From assembly GCA_028023455.1 (NCBI GenBank), contig JAQFVV010000006.1:11966001-12030000 (forward strand): DNA of 64,000 bases, written 5' to 3'. The notes below the pieces were generated by a model. The model did no database searches and was not told the origin of the DNA. It worked only from the letters and a program-made list of their open reading frames with translations. This DNA is from Epiperipatus broadwayi (Eukaryota; Animalia; Onychophora). The position numbers and the translations under genes are program-made. Shown here piece by piece: positions 26,580-40,329 of the stretch. How positions within the stretch are numbered: the stretch's first letter is position 1; each line of letters starts with the position of its first letter.

Positions 26580-27425
26580 TTACATGAAATAAGTATTACA
26601 TGAAATAAATAATACACGATCACGGTTTTAAAAATGTGTTACAATAGCTATTTTTACCTGCTATTGATAACTCGTGCATTATTATTTCATGTAATCATTA
26701 TTTAAATATATTATAGTTATCAACTACATTCAATTCATTTAATCTATTAACACGAGCAAAGCCATGAGTACAGCTAGTACTTATATAAGGTTATTCATCG
26801 AATAAGCATGTCTGAATATATTACTAAGATAGATCCCCGAAGAATCTTTTTGAAATGAACTTGTGAATAACGTCCATCTTTTGTTTGCAATTTCATTTAA
26901 AAGATTTCTTGGGAATTTTTGTTTGTGAATTATCTGTCATATATTCAAACTTGTTTGTTTTATAAATAGGTTTATATTCTTAGCATTACATATTTAATAA
27001 TCCATAAAGGTTTTACATGCTCATTAAAGACATACAAATATTTATATATTTAAAAAATGTATTTAGCAGACAACAACAACTGAAAAAAAAGGCGGGAAAA
27101 ATGTCGATTGTCTGCCATCTCTTCTGCAGAATGCTAAAAATAATTAAAAGTTAAAAAAACAAAAAAACAATCATGTTAATAAAAAAACAACAACTCTAAA
27201 TCAGGAGCCAATGTAATTTACTTTAATTGTAAATTTTGTTTTAAATTTTCTAACATAAATAAAATTTTACAGAAATAATATATTTTTATCTTTCGGAAAA
27301 AAATTAAAATGTTTGACTTTTTCTTTAGTCATTTTTCCCCAATAAAAAATCTCTATAGCAATATTTCCCCATCTTTTCTCATTTTGGAATAATGAATCTT
27401 TTATGTCTGGCAACATAAAATTATA

Positions 27426-27573
27426 CAGAGGCTAAACTCCCCTTACAATAGCACCACTCACTGCAAGCCAGAGTAATCAATGGATGCGTGGCGCTGCAGT
27501 ATGGAGAGTTTAGCGTCTGTGTAAATAGCTTGTGTAAGCATAAAGAATGGTGATCATGTGATGTTTAGTGGTT
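27426..27573. mobile_element. Minimal HHR family 1B insertion (termini only, no ribozyme)
   Basis: Two short inverted arms, a 54-nt tail, and 15-bp TSD caacataaaa(t/g)tata at 27411 and 27574. Confidence 0.75.
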
Positions 27574-27924
27574 CAACATAAAAGTATATATTATAAATAA
27601 GTTGAACTTTATAAGAGTAATTATTTATTTTACAGAGTGTTAGAAAACAAACAGACAGAAATAATAAATTCAAGACATGCATCAAAACATGCTTAAATAG
27701 AGGTACCAAAATTGAGTAATCAATCCAAACATGCAAATGAATAAATATCTAACCATCCATATCAACATATAGACAAAACCAGAAATCATTTTGTCTTGTA
27801 AATACAATATTTTATTCCAGAACAAGGATTTCATATTTAATCCTGGAAATTACCATTAGTATTTTCCTTTTCATATATCAACACCAGTCCCTAACAAACT
27901 ATTTGTAAAATAAATGATGATAAC

Positions 27925-28390
27925 ATTCCAAGCTTACCAGTATAAGGAATCTCCAAATCTGTTGTCAAAGCAACCTCATGAAGATTGCCATGACAACAAT
28001 TTAAACATTCCAGGTGTTGATAGGCTTGGACTATTATCATGTGATTTAAATTTGTTGAACCATCTATATTTATGTAAAATCAAATTGTCTATGTATATAA
28101 TAATTAAATTTAGGGGGGTTTGGCTATTTATTAATTAATTTGATTTCAAAATAGGTTATATTTACTTGTTTGATTGGTATACTTAAACTTTTTTGAAATT
28201 AAAAAAATTCAATCTGATACAATTAAAGTATCAAGTTGTCTACATTAATATCTTAATTCAGAATAAAAGTGAAATTCATCTTTTATTCAGAGAAGTTGCC
28301 TTGACAACAGATTGAAGATTCCTGGTGATGATGAGCTAGGCTTACTATCATGTGATTCACATTTGTTGACTTTTATGTAAATCAAGTTTT
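27925..28390. repeat. Diverged ~110-bp direct duplication
   Basis: gaagattgccatgacaac...ctattatcatgtgatt...tttatgtaaaatcaa (about 27980-28085) versus gaagttgccttgacaac...tttatgtaaatcaa (about 28292-28386). Confidence 0.7.
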
Positions 28391-28760
28391 TTATGTAAAT
28401 AATAATATTTGTAAATATATATGTTCAAATGCATTTTTCAATAATTTAAATTATTTTTTCTCTCTCTTTTGAATAACATTTCTGATTTAAATATTATAGA
28501 CACCATATTGATATATGGGGAGCTTCATGTTAATTTTTACAATTACCTGATGAGATTTCTACTCCAGAATGAAATACTGTATAACAATGAAACAATTGTT
28601 GGTTTTTTCCCTGAATATTGAGATGGGTAATTATCAATTAATTCATTTACATAGTTTAAGAAAACAGTTGTATTACATTCCATTTATTTAAATTTCAGTA
28701 AAGTTTTTGTTATTTCTGCTGATCTTTGACAATTAAATCTGTATTTGTTTGTTAATTCTC

Positions 28761-28848
28761 CTGCATTTCAGCATTTTGTCAGTGCCCTCTAGTGGCAATT
28801 TGAATTCTGCATTTCAGCATTTTGTTAGTGCCCTCTAGTGGCAATTTG
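28761..28848. promoter_or_regulatory. 46-bp tandem duplication, each unit with a CTCF-like motif
   Basis: ctgcatttcagcattttgt(c/t)agtgccctctagtggcaatttga occurs twice. AGTGCCCTCTAGTGGCA matches the CTCF consensus. Confidence 0.45.
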
Positions 28849-29884
28849 AGTTAATAGTTCAACATTTTAATCTTAGTATTAAAACATTTGTTCAATATTA
28901 AGAAAGTAATAAATCAACCAATTTATAGAAATATAAGTTTAAAAAAAAACACTAAAAAATTATATTTGAGCTTTCCAAATATAAAAAAATGATAATAATA
29001 TAAAATACATAATGAGAACGTACTTTTTTCTTATTGGCTGATTAGAGTAATGCTATTGCAAAAAATAAATTAATGAAAACTTTGTTGAATGAATTCCATT
29101 TTTTAAATGTGAATGAATAATTATAAAGACATCACAAAACTATGGAATTCTGATATAAAATTTAAAATTGCATTTATTTTTATTAAATTATTACCAAAAT
29201 TCAATACTAGAGTATTTGACAGAACTTAATGGTCATAACTATCATAGCTTTCTTTTTGTCACAACTTCAATTTTCTTAACTTGTATTTTCAAAAATGAAA
29301 CATATTTTAAAAAAAATCTAAGTTTAAAAATGAAAAGAATATACATTTTTAATAATTAGTATATAAATATTTTTGTAATAATAATTATAAATATTTAAAA
29401 AAAATTGTGAAATAACACAAGTATTTAGCCCTTCACAAAAACAATGAAAAGGAAGTTTAAAAAGTCATTCATATGCTCAAATTCAAAAAATCTACCTATT
29501 AGTGATCACCTAAACTCATGGTGGCTCATTTGTAGATTTTCTCTTGGGATTATTCTGTGAACTAGTGACATCTTAAAATTTTTTAAATTAATAAATACTT
29601 ACTTTATTTCCAAATTTTGCCATCAAATGAACTTAAAATTGGCAAAACAATGGTAAATATAATCACAAAAGAATAATTCAAACCCAAAGCAAAGTATCAA
29701 CATAACAATACTCCATGAAGCATTAATTATAACTGTCAGTAAATTAAGTGCAACACATATGGAGATAAAAAAATAGAAATGATTTTTAATTAATAAAAGT
29801 GAAAATCCTGAAAAATATTACCAATTATTCATTACCAGTTATTTGAAATTATAAAGCAGTATGTAACTGGCTTATACTGAATGT

Positions 29885-30130
29885 TTCATGTATGTAAATA
29901 GAGGTATTTAAACTCAGGATTTTTCTGTCAGTTTATCCTCCACTCTATCTCATGCAACCAATATACATGTCTGTACACATGTAAAAAATATGCATGCTCT
30001 CAAATTTACATTTTTTGTGCAAAACCAGCATTCATCAGTTGGACCAGATCATAATCTCCCACATGTATATGTAATCAGTGCTTGGTTTATATTAAGAGAG
30101 CAATTTCTGAGTTCAAATCCCTCTACTATC
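29885..30130. mobile_element. HHR family 2 element, decayed
   Basis: Antisense arm contains ccagcattcatcagttggaccagatc; a short sense end ctgagttcaaatccc follows. Confidence 0.65.
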
Positions 30131-33100
30131 AGTTATTTAGAAACAAATTTAAAGAAAAAATCATCCAATATTTTGTTAAAAACATTTATGGGTTTTACAT
30201 TTCAATGTGAATTATTAATAGGAGAAAAAAGAAAGATCACAATTATCTTTTTTTAAAAATAAATTAGTGGCACTGGGAAAAGTAAATGTATTTTTTAATC
30301 CATAATTGCTCTTTATTTCTCATTTGTTGTGTTATTTAATGCTTCAATTGATGAAAACATTTACATTGTCCCCCTGGTGGCAATATTTGTAATCATTCAA
30401 CACTTGATTTTAATATTAAATTTTTATCCTATATTAAAATGTAATAAATTGGACTTGATTTGTTGGAAATGTATGACTACAAGTGAAAAACATCCTAAAA
30501 ATCATATTTGAACTTTTCAAATATAGAAAATTAATAAAAATAATACATGATTACATATAATAAAAATCAAATAATGTTCATGTGCCAACAACACATAATA
30601 TGATTTTAGCATATACACTGCTAATTTACTAGCAAATTCTTCTAATCTCCCTACTTTTATTTTGTTTGGTATGAATTAGGATCATATGATATATTGTTGG
30701 TCAATTATATGGTTTTGTACCAATTCTGGGTAAAGAATAAAGGTACCCAAGGTTATAAAAAATTACATCACCATAATATATAAAAACTGAATTGATTTCA
30801 GATTTATATAACTTTGCAAGCTTGGATTGAATACAACAAAAAGTAAAAAAAAAGACTTCTAGAGGAAAGCTGTATTAGACCCAAATAATCCAAATGTCAG
30901 GTTCAAAAAACCACCAAAGCTCTTCATTGATGAAAGGAATAAATGGAACATTTGCATAGGACAGCATTGGTTAAGGGTTTATTAACACTACTATCTAACA
31001 TTTAATTACTAAAATGTACACTAGGTGGCATAAAAATAGGGAAAATAGAGATATTTGTTAATCAAAGAAAGGATCGAATCAATAATCTCATTAAAAAGGA
31101 TATTTAAAAAATGTTCAATTTATATTTCATTTCTTTGACAGAGCAAATAAAAAAAATGTGTTTGATGCTGTGCATATTTTCCAAACTTCTTTGATATGCG
31201 TCCATTTCAATTCATTGATGAAAATAATTCCACAGCTATGATTTCATTATGGTATCATCTGGATTATTTAAAAAACTGGCATTAAAACATTTTAGATAGT
31301 AGTTTGACTATCAGAAATATTTCAAATTGTGATTTTTGTTAGCAATCTTTGATTCAGTTATATTATGGCTTAAATTTAAGGTCAATTTAGCAACAAGTGA
31401 ATCTCCCAGCATTGAAATAAATTATTTATATAGTGACCAGTAGACAGGAAAATGATAGACTTTAGTTGTGAAATGTACTATTTTACAGTAGTGTACAGAT
31501 TAAAACTGATTTTATCACAAGTTGTCAGCTGTCTTCTCACTCAAAAAAAGACCTGTCCCCTGTTTCATTCTCCACTTTTTTTTATATAACATGATTATAG
31601 TTTCAATAAAACCAGATGATTAAAACATAATTTGGTAAAACATTCCAATAAGCTATGAACAAAAGAGATAATTACAATTACCATACAGATTTTAACTTGT
31701 GAGCTATTTTTAATCCAATTATATGAATTGGAACAAAATTCAAAATTCTAGTTGTCTATAATAAAAAATTGAGTAAATTCCTTTTGGAGATTAATGTAAT
31801 TTATAATTAATTACAATTTAGTTTAGATCATGTTTAAAATTTAATAGATTGATAAAATGTATACTTCTGAATTAAAATTTTGTTTTATAAAGTTTCTATT
31901 AATTAAATATTCATTTGGTTTTAGACAGAACTTTATTCAAGGAAACACATATCTACATATATTTCAGTTTAAAGGAATATATATATACATACAGATATTT
32001 TAGATTAAAAGTAAAAAAAAAAACAATACAAAACTAATCAAAGAATACTACAATAAGTATTTTCAATAGCATTCAGTGAATTACACTATTATTAAAAACA
32101 GAATAAAATAGAATAATAGAAAATACATCTATTATTAAAAATCGAATAAATATTGAAATATTTTATGATTGCAGTACTTTTTCCCCATCTCCCCTATAAA
32201 TATATTTGACACCAATAAATCATTATTTTTATTAATTTACTATTTCTAAAAAATATATATGAGGTACTTACGTATTAGACCTGCTGTGAAATATCATATA
32301 CATATTAGTCCAGCTATACCTTTCTAACCTTGTGATCTTGTGAAATAACATCTGCACATGAACTCCTGAGAAACTTTATTAATTTTGAATAAATAATGAC
32401 AAGTAACCTTATTTATTACAAAATGATGACCTATAACTGTTTTTAGGGGTAATAAACAAATGCAGATTTACGTTTTGAAGTGAATAGAGTTATTTGCAAA
32501 AATGATAAGGATTAACATTATTTCATACAAAATGGCAACCTTTAACTCTATTTACTAGAAATAAACAAACGTGTTTTTACATTTGGAAGTGAAGAGTTAT
32601 TTGCAAAAATGATGAAAACTAACCTTATTTTATACAAAATGATACTTACAATTTTATTTATTAGAAAAAAACGAACACGTATTTACATTTTTTTTGCAAG
32701 AAATGATGTTGCAACAATTAAACTTTCAGAAATATACATTTATTATGATAAAAAAAAAAAAAGCAAAAGATTGTTTCTTATAACTACTGGTATGGACTAA
32801 AGTTTTTTATGAGCTGCAAAATGCAAACGAAAGTATAGCTATGATATATATGAAAATGTTTGTATTCCAGCAGCTCGCAAATCGTCACTTTTGTAGAATT
32901 TTGTGTTTTTCTCAAGATAACATGCTACACACACAAACTTCTCACAGATAGTTATTACGGTCTACAACCATTTTTTTAAAAGTAATGAACTGTATTGTCC
33001 TTGATAGTGTGCAGTTCCAAATTTTAATCATTTTATCGAATAAAAAATCATTCAAAAACATTAACTCAGCAGGAATTAAAGCTGGACAGTAAATCACATA

Positions 33101-33587
33101 TTACTTTGATCAGATGATCCATTAGTCTTTCCAGCATTCTTTTATGACATCACAGCATACCTTAAATTGTAAAATTGACAGTGAAGCCAAAATTTTGAGT
33201 AACAACGTTCTCCTGATTAGAAAATTATCTAATATTCATATAAAAAAATAATTATTTACCTTTTTAGGACATTATAAATGTCTTTAATTTGGTCGTTATT
33301 TAAACATTTGTTAGTGCCATCAACTTTCATCACAGCAGGTCTAATATATAAGTACCATATATGATTTACACGTACACACACTGCTATGAAACTATAGATT
33401 TCAGTATATATTTATAATGAGTAAATATTTTTTAAATACAAGTTATGAAAATTTGGTTGATTATAGTAATGAAGTTGCTACTATGTCACATTGAAGCACT
33501 GGTTGAGAGTGCAGTTTCGACACAAGAACCTTTATTTCGACATAAGAACCTTTAGCTCTTGGGTCCCACTTTTTATTTTTATTTTTT

Positions 33588-33682
33588 CATGTGTCATAGC
33601 AGCAGCTGGGAAACGAACCCGCCAACCTGGGACAACTACTTGTAAGGCAGCTGTGCTAACCACTCGACCACCAACGCTTGAC
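33588..33682 (-). mobile_element. tRNA-derived SINE, family A
   Basis: Highly similar to 6681-6775. Confidence 0.75.
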
Positions 33683-35974
33683 TGGATTCCACATGCATGG
33701 TGCATGGAAAAACAATCCCCTCCCCTATTTTCTGGTGCAGTAGGTAGAGTGCCCTTCCCCCCAGCAATAAACCATTAGAATTTTTAAAAAACAAAAACAC
33801 TAAATCAAAACACTTTTTGGAACTTAGAAGTGTTACTTTCTTTACTTTAAAATTAATCTTATAAATCTGTATTAAAAAAGTTTACAAGTAAAAAATGCTA
33901 TTAATTTTATAATTTCTACAATCCAATCTATCTTAAAATAGTTTTTAACATGTTACATTTTCCTTTTAATAAAAATACAAGCAGAACAATTTTAAATTGT
34001 CAATATTAAAAAAAAAATCATTTCTTTTTTGTAAATGAACAAAAGTGCAATATAATAAAATATTTTCTCTTCTCTTTTCTAAATGTCAAACTTTCTAATA
34101 TTTAGAAATGACTTGCTTTGTTTCATATATAAAATTAAACCGCAAAGACATACTCAAACAATCAAACCTGTAATTTGTCTATCATTAATACAGCTTATAA
34201 TTTATTTATCTTTTCATCTCAAGCAATCATTTTTATTTGTATTGCTTCAAATTCTGTATCGACTTCTATATTTTTATAGTCACTAAGTCCTTAAGGTAAC
34301 AAAAGAGTTATATTAAAACCTTTCAAAAATATGTCTTACATCACTAACTTGCTAAGAAAGGCTGTTTTTTGAAGATCATCGCAATGTATATATATATCAT
34401 TCTAATAAAAGAGAGAGGAAAGAGAATTGGCCAGTGGAGATGTAATATTATCATTAGCCATAATATTGTGTATTTGTGACCTAATAGCAGTGAGCAAACA
34501 ATATTTTGATTTCAAGGAGAATGAAATAAGAAATTTGGGAAGTAAAAGAAAATGTCTAAAAATTTTCATAAAATAGATAAGTTTAAAATTAAAAGTAGAT
34601 AAGTTTAAAATTAAAAGTAAGAATACTTTATGGCTGTTTCAGTATATGGCATTAAAATTGCATAATAATACTATTCACAGAAAAATCAAATAAAAAGGCT
34701 TAAATTAAGAACAATTTTTAATAAGGTTGCTCATATAAAGCAACATTTTGCTTTAGCGCCATCTAGACTAAGCTTAATTATTTAGTGAGTGTTAGATAGT
34801 ACTAGAGTAAATAGTTTTTCTTGTTTGTGTAAAATTGAATAATATAAAAGATCAATTGATAATAAAATTTCTTCATCATAGAACATTTTTAAATGTTCAT
34901 CATCATCATCAACCATTATCAATCCACAGCAGGATGAAGGTTTCTCCAAGTTCAATCCATCTTCCTATCTTTAGCTTCTCTTCTCCACATCACCCCTTCA
35001 CACTTTTTTAAATGTTACTGCAAGAGATATATAGTGTAATGGTGTCCATCAGCCGTAGACATGGCTAAGAGTTTGATTTAAGGCTAGGTATTATATGAAA
35101 ACAACTTTCAGGTCACAATAAGTAGCTGATCCATAGCTAATCTAAGTAGCTCCATGATAGTGATCAACAAACAGGAAATTGGCTACTATTAATTTAAGAA
35201 GTATAAATTCCAGTTCAATCTAGTTGGGTCTGGTGGTACCAATATGCCGATTGTTAAATCATGACAAATAAGAACATAATACATTTCAGGCATCACCAGT
35301 GGTAGAGGAAATTCTATGATTCTATGGATTCAGAAATTATGGTTAAAGCCTTTAAGAATGGCATGCATATATATGGAAATAAACTAATCTCTAAAAATAT
35401 ACTGAAATAAAATATAGGCTAACATGAACTCTTCTAACATTAAATTTTCTAGCAGTTCTAGCGCTCTCAGAAGAATGAATTAAGCATCCAGAAAAAAGTC
35501 AATCTCCTTCCTAATACTGCTAAGATTTTAATTAGTAGTTATTATACTTTAACGCTTTTATGATCTGACATTTTCTATTGTTTCACCTGGTGAGAGTTTT
35601 TGAAATTTCTTAATCTTTTGCACTTTCATTGAAATTTCTTAATTTTTTGCACTTTCATATAAAATCTTAATTTTATACTCAGACTCAATAAATTGGATTT
35701 GATGTATTTTTAATTTAATTTTATAAATAAATAATATTCTAAAAAGTCATATTTGACTTTTTAAGTAAGTACAATGTACCCATAAACATCATCTACTAAC
35801 TTAATGTAAACATTTTTTTTATGATGATGGTATTTTAGTTGTGTTTTTATAATGGACTGTTTTTATCATCTAATATTAAATATTGAATAACTTGAGAAAA
35901 ATTTGACTTTATTTAAGTTTTCCAATTACCTTCAGCTGTTAGTAGTAGCATAGGTTAGTATATGCACAATGCTT

Positions 35975-36130
35975 CAAGAGGTATTATTCTCCTTTCTTTT
36001 TCAAGTGTTGCTGGACTGACCAGTGGCAGTACGAGCATGGGAATCAAATCTGGACCCTTAGATTCTTGAATAATGTATTTTAAAGTAATGCATTAACCAA
36101 CTGAGCCATCCTGCCAAAGGCAGCAATCAG
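35975..36130 (-). mobile_element. tRNA-derived SINE, family B
   Basis: Minus strand has TGGCTCAGTTGG (A box) and AGATTTGATTCC (B-box-like). Homologous to 55130-55265 and to the split copy at 36300-36365 plus 37904-37995. Confidence 0.6.
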
Positions 36131-36365
36131 TAGAAATTTTTCAGTAGACATTTCATTACTTATTTATGAGATTCCTCCTGTTCACACGATAATGGCAAAG
36201 AACACTATAAATCAACATAGTGTCACTATGCAGAATGTATGGTAACCATTAATCAATCTTTCTCTTAAAAATGTTGTAGAAACCTCATACATAAGTATAC
36301 AAAATTTCTACTAATGGTTGTCTTTGGCAGGATGGATTGTTGGTTAGAGAGTTATCTTAAAATTC

Positions 36366-37903
36366 AATATTGCATGATCACCATTTCTTATGTTGCTTAT
36401 AACTGTTATTAAAATGGGGAAAACTCTCTACACCTATTGCCACTCAATCCATGCCAGAATAATCAATGGATGCCAGAAGGCTTGTGCATAAAATCACCAC
36501 ATTTAGTGCCTACTCATTCAATATTCACAGACTAGTTTCTGGCTTGTGGCCTTCGTCAGTGAGGAGCCTTGGATCTAAGAGCACTGCGCCTAGATCTTAT
36601 GATCTAATACAACTCTCCAGAAGCCATCTTTTATCTCTATTTAACTACAAAACCATGAGTCTTAAATTGGAAAATATCGAAATATTTTCAATCCAAGCTC
36701 ATTAGCTTATATAGTCATGTAGGTCTGAACTGCAGTACCCATACATTTTGGTGACTTTGGTTCTTTAATAAGCATGGCCACCACTATTCGGCTAGGAGGA
36801 TTGGTTTTAAGCCAATAAACATCACATAATCACCATTTCTTATGCTTGCTTATAATGGTTATTGCAACAGGCAAGCTCTCTATACGTATTGCCACTCACT
36901 GTAAGACAGAGTAATCAATGGATGCCAGAAGGCTTGTGCATAAAATACCATCTAGTGCCTACTCATCCAATATCCCCTGACTAGTTTCTGGCTTGTGGTC
37001 TTCATCAGTGAGGAGCCTTGGATCTGAGAACACTGCACCTAGATCTTAGAATCTAATGCAACTCTCCAGCAGCCACCTTTTATCTCTACTTAACTACAAA
37101 ACCATGAGTCTTAAATTGAAAACACCATAATATTTTCAATTCAAGCTCATTAGCTTATATAGTCATATATATCTGACTCAATTCAGTATCCATACATTTT
37201 GGTGACTTTGGTTCTTTAATAACTGTAGCCACCACTATCCTATTAGGCAGGATTGGTTTTAAGCCAATAAACATTACATGATCACCATTTCTTATGCTTG
37301 CTTATAACTGTTATTTGGCAAAACTCTCTATAATTATTGCCACTCAGTGCAAGCCAGAATAATCAATGAAATTCCAGAAGGCTTGTGCATAAAGTCCCTA
37401 TCTAGTGCCCATTCATCCAATATCCTCAGACTAGTTTCTGGCTTGTGGCCTTCATCAGTGAAGGGTCTTAGATCTAAAAGCACTGCACCTAGATCTTAGG
37501 ATCTAATGCAGCCCTCCAACAGCTACCTTTTATTTCTACTTAACTACAAAACCATGAGTCTTAAAGTCACCAAAATGTGTGGGTACTGAACTGAGTTCAG
37601 ACCTATATGACTATATGAGCTAATGAGCTTGGATTAGAAATATTAATGTTTTTCTATTTAAGACCCATGGTTTTGAAGTTGAGATAAATAGTGGATGCTG
37701 GAGGGTTGCATTAAATTCTAAGATTTAGGTGCAGTGCTCTCAGATTCAAGGCTCCTCATGGATGAAGGCCACAAGCCAGCAACTAGTCTGGGGATATTGG
37801 ATGAGTAGGCATTAGATGGAGATTTTATGCACAAGCCTTTTGGAATCCATTGATTACTCTGGCTTGCACCGAGGGGCAATACATATAGTGAGTTTTGCCT
37901 GCT
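36366..37903. mobile_element. HHR family 1 tandem array (2.6 monomers, ~452-bp period) plus an inverted arm
   Basis: The unit anchor recurs at 36376, 36828 and 37280. Minus-strand HHRs have GUC sites at 36530, 36979 and 37429. The inverted arm 37565-37903 has a decayed HHR. 9-bp TSD ttaaaattc at 36357 and 37904. Confidence 0.9.
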
Positions 37904-38299
37904 TTAAAATTCCTTATTCAAGAACCTAAGGGTCCAGGTTTGATTTTAATGCTAGTAATGTGACAACACCAAAAAGAAAGAGAAGAGAATAATTACCATT
38001 CAAAATGTGCATATACTAATTTATCTGCTATTACTAACACTTGAATGTAACTGGAAAATTTAAATAAAGTTAAATTTTTCTAAAGACCTTCAATACCTAA
38101 TATTAGATGGTAGAAATAATCCAATATATAACACAACTAATGTAAACTTTTCAAAAAAAATGATCAAATTATTTTTTTAAAAAATGTGAGTGAATGAAAA
38201 CAAATTTATGATAAATCTATCAAATTCTGCTTTAAAATCTGATATTTACTTTCTAATTATTAGAAAATTTGAAAAAATTCTAACATGTTAATATTAACA

Positions 38300-38630
38300 G
38301 GTGACGATGTTAGGAATAACAAGAAGGGATCAAAAACAAAATGCATGGGTATGAGAACAAACAGGTATTGCTGACATCATTGAAATAATACTCTGAAGTG
38401 TAATTGGGCTGGACATATTGCTAAAAGAGATGATAATAGATGGCCAGTTGAAATCTTAGATTTCAAGAGATTGTAAAAGACTTAGAAAGAGACCACATGT
38501 GATGTGTATGAATAAAATAAAGAAGTGTGCTGGGATAATGTGGAGAAGAGAGGTTAGATATCAGGAAAAATGGACAAACTTGGTTATCTTTATCCTGTAG
38601 TGGATTGATAATGGGTGAAAATGAGGATGA
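38300..38630 (+). mobile_element. RTE LINE 3' fragment
   Basis: gggctggacatattgctaaaagagatgataataga matches the RTE WAGHIARRDDNR region. Confidence 0.75.
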
Positions 38631-39648
38631 TAATGCCGATTCTTTGGGAGTCTAACTTTGTGAATTGCTATAACAACATATTCACATGTGGTTTGTTTGG
38701 TCAATAGATTTATATTTTCGTCTTACACAATTGTCAATAAACAAAATTTTGTATTAGTATAATTGCCCTGTCAGGTTTAATGCAATTGTAGAGTATCAGC
38801 CTTTGTAGAATGAGGTCCTTGGACTGATTCCAGTTCCTGCTCTTCCAATGCTTAAATGTCTTATGAAATCCAAGCAGTCATGGCATTTGATTATTTATAT
38901 ATTTTGTATTGAATAGTTTATTGCTATGGAGTTCACAAAGAGCAAGAAGTAACAAAATTGGGCCATGATGTACAAAGCTAAGCATAGAGTTTGTCTCTTT
39001 ACACCTAAATACCCATGCAGGGCATAAATAAGTTAATAGTTTATTGCCCTGGAGTTTGTAATAAACGTGAGCCCCAGTAGTGGCAGAGCAGAGCCATAAT
39101 CCATGGGCTTCAATCTCAGATCCTGCAGCTCTTCTACTGTACCAAACTATGCGCAGCTATTTATCAATAAGCAGTTTTTAGCACAGCTGCAGAATAACCA
39201 ACTTAGAATTGGGAGGTCCCAGGATGGATTCTGTCACTCGCAGGTGTGGTGCTTAAATTTCTTACGAATTTCCAAGCAGTAACCCTTTTTCTTTGTTAAT
39301 AAGTAAGACTAAAACTTTCTCAAAGGGTTTTTATTTATAAAAGCACATTTTTTTCCGATGTTGGTTTGATTCTATTTTAAATTAAAATGAAGTAATAATT
39401 AAATCATTTATAGATTAAAAAAAAATAAAGATCATATAATAGACTATAAATAATACTGTTTTCAAATAATATAAACTAAAGTTTAATGCCATTACTTTAA
39501 ATAAGCAGATGGATAGAATTATAAGTAGATTAAAGATAAACAGAGCAAAACTCTCCATACAGTATTGCCACCTGTGCTAAACAGAGTAATCAATGGATGC
39601 CAGAAGGCTTGTGCATAAAATCCCTATCTAATGCCTACTCATCCAATA

Positions 39649-39690
39649 TCCCCAGACTAGTTTCTGGCTTGTGGCCTTCGTCAGTGAGGA
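39649..39690 (-). ncRNA. Type I hammerhead ribozyme, family 1
   Basis: Minus strand: TCCTCA-CTGACGA-A-GGC(CACAA)GCC-A-GAAAC-TA-GTC-TGGGGA. Stem I is extended by ATCCAA/TTGGAT. Confidence 0.8.
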
Positions 39691-40104
39691 GCTTTGGATC
39701 TGAGAGCACTGCATCTAGATCTTAGGATCTAATGCAACCCTCTAGCAACCACCTTTTATCTCTACTTAACTACTAAACTATGAGAATGAAATTGAAAACA
39801 CATAAAATATTTTCAATCTAAGCTCAATAGCTTAAACAGTCATATGGGTCTGAACTCAGTTCAGCACCCATATATTTTGGTGTCTTTGGCTCTTTTACAA
39901 CCATAGCCACCACTATCCTATTAGGCAGGATTGGTGTTAAACCATTAAGCATCACATGATCACATTTCCTATACTAGCACATTAATTGTTGATAAACAGA
40001 GCAAAACTCTCCATACAGTATTGCCACCTGTGCTAAACAGAGTAATCAATGGATGCCAGAAGGCTTGTGCATAAAATCCCTATCTAATGCCTACTCATCC
40101 AATA

Positions 40105-40146
40105 TCCCCAGACTAGTTTCTGGCTTGTGGCCTTCGTCAGTGAGGA
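40105..40146 (-). ncRNA. Type I hammerhead ribozyme, family 1
   Basis: Identical to 39649-39690, exactly 456 bp away. Confidence 0.8.
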
Positions 40147-40287
40147 GCTTTGGATCTGAGAGCACTGCATCTAGATCTTAGGATCTAATGCAACCCTCTA
40201 GCAACCACCTTTTATCTCTACTTAACTACTAAACTATGAGAATGAAATTGAAAACACATAAAATATTTTCAATCTAAGCTCAATAGC

Positions 40288-40329
40288 TCCTCACTGACGA
40301 AGGCCACAAGCCAGAAACTAGTCTGGAGA
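40288..40329 (+). ncRNA. Type I hammerhead ribozyme, family 1
   Basis: TCCTCA-CTGACGA-AGGCCACAAGCCA-GAAAC-TA-GTC-TGGAGA; the 5' extension of stem I is truncated at the arm junction. Confidence 0.75.

Noticed and set aside
33161-33212. Possible 52-nt minus-strand exon with AG/GT boundaries
   Set aside because: Such splice-like signals are expected by chance in AT-rich DNA; no homology.
36466-36705. Short ORFs within family 1 monomers (MDARRL..., also 49343-49687)
   Set aside because: Not conserved between copies and they lie antisense to the ribozyme; no coding evidence.
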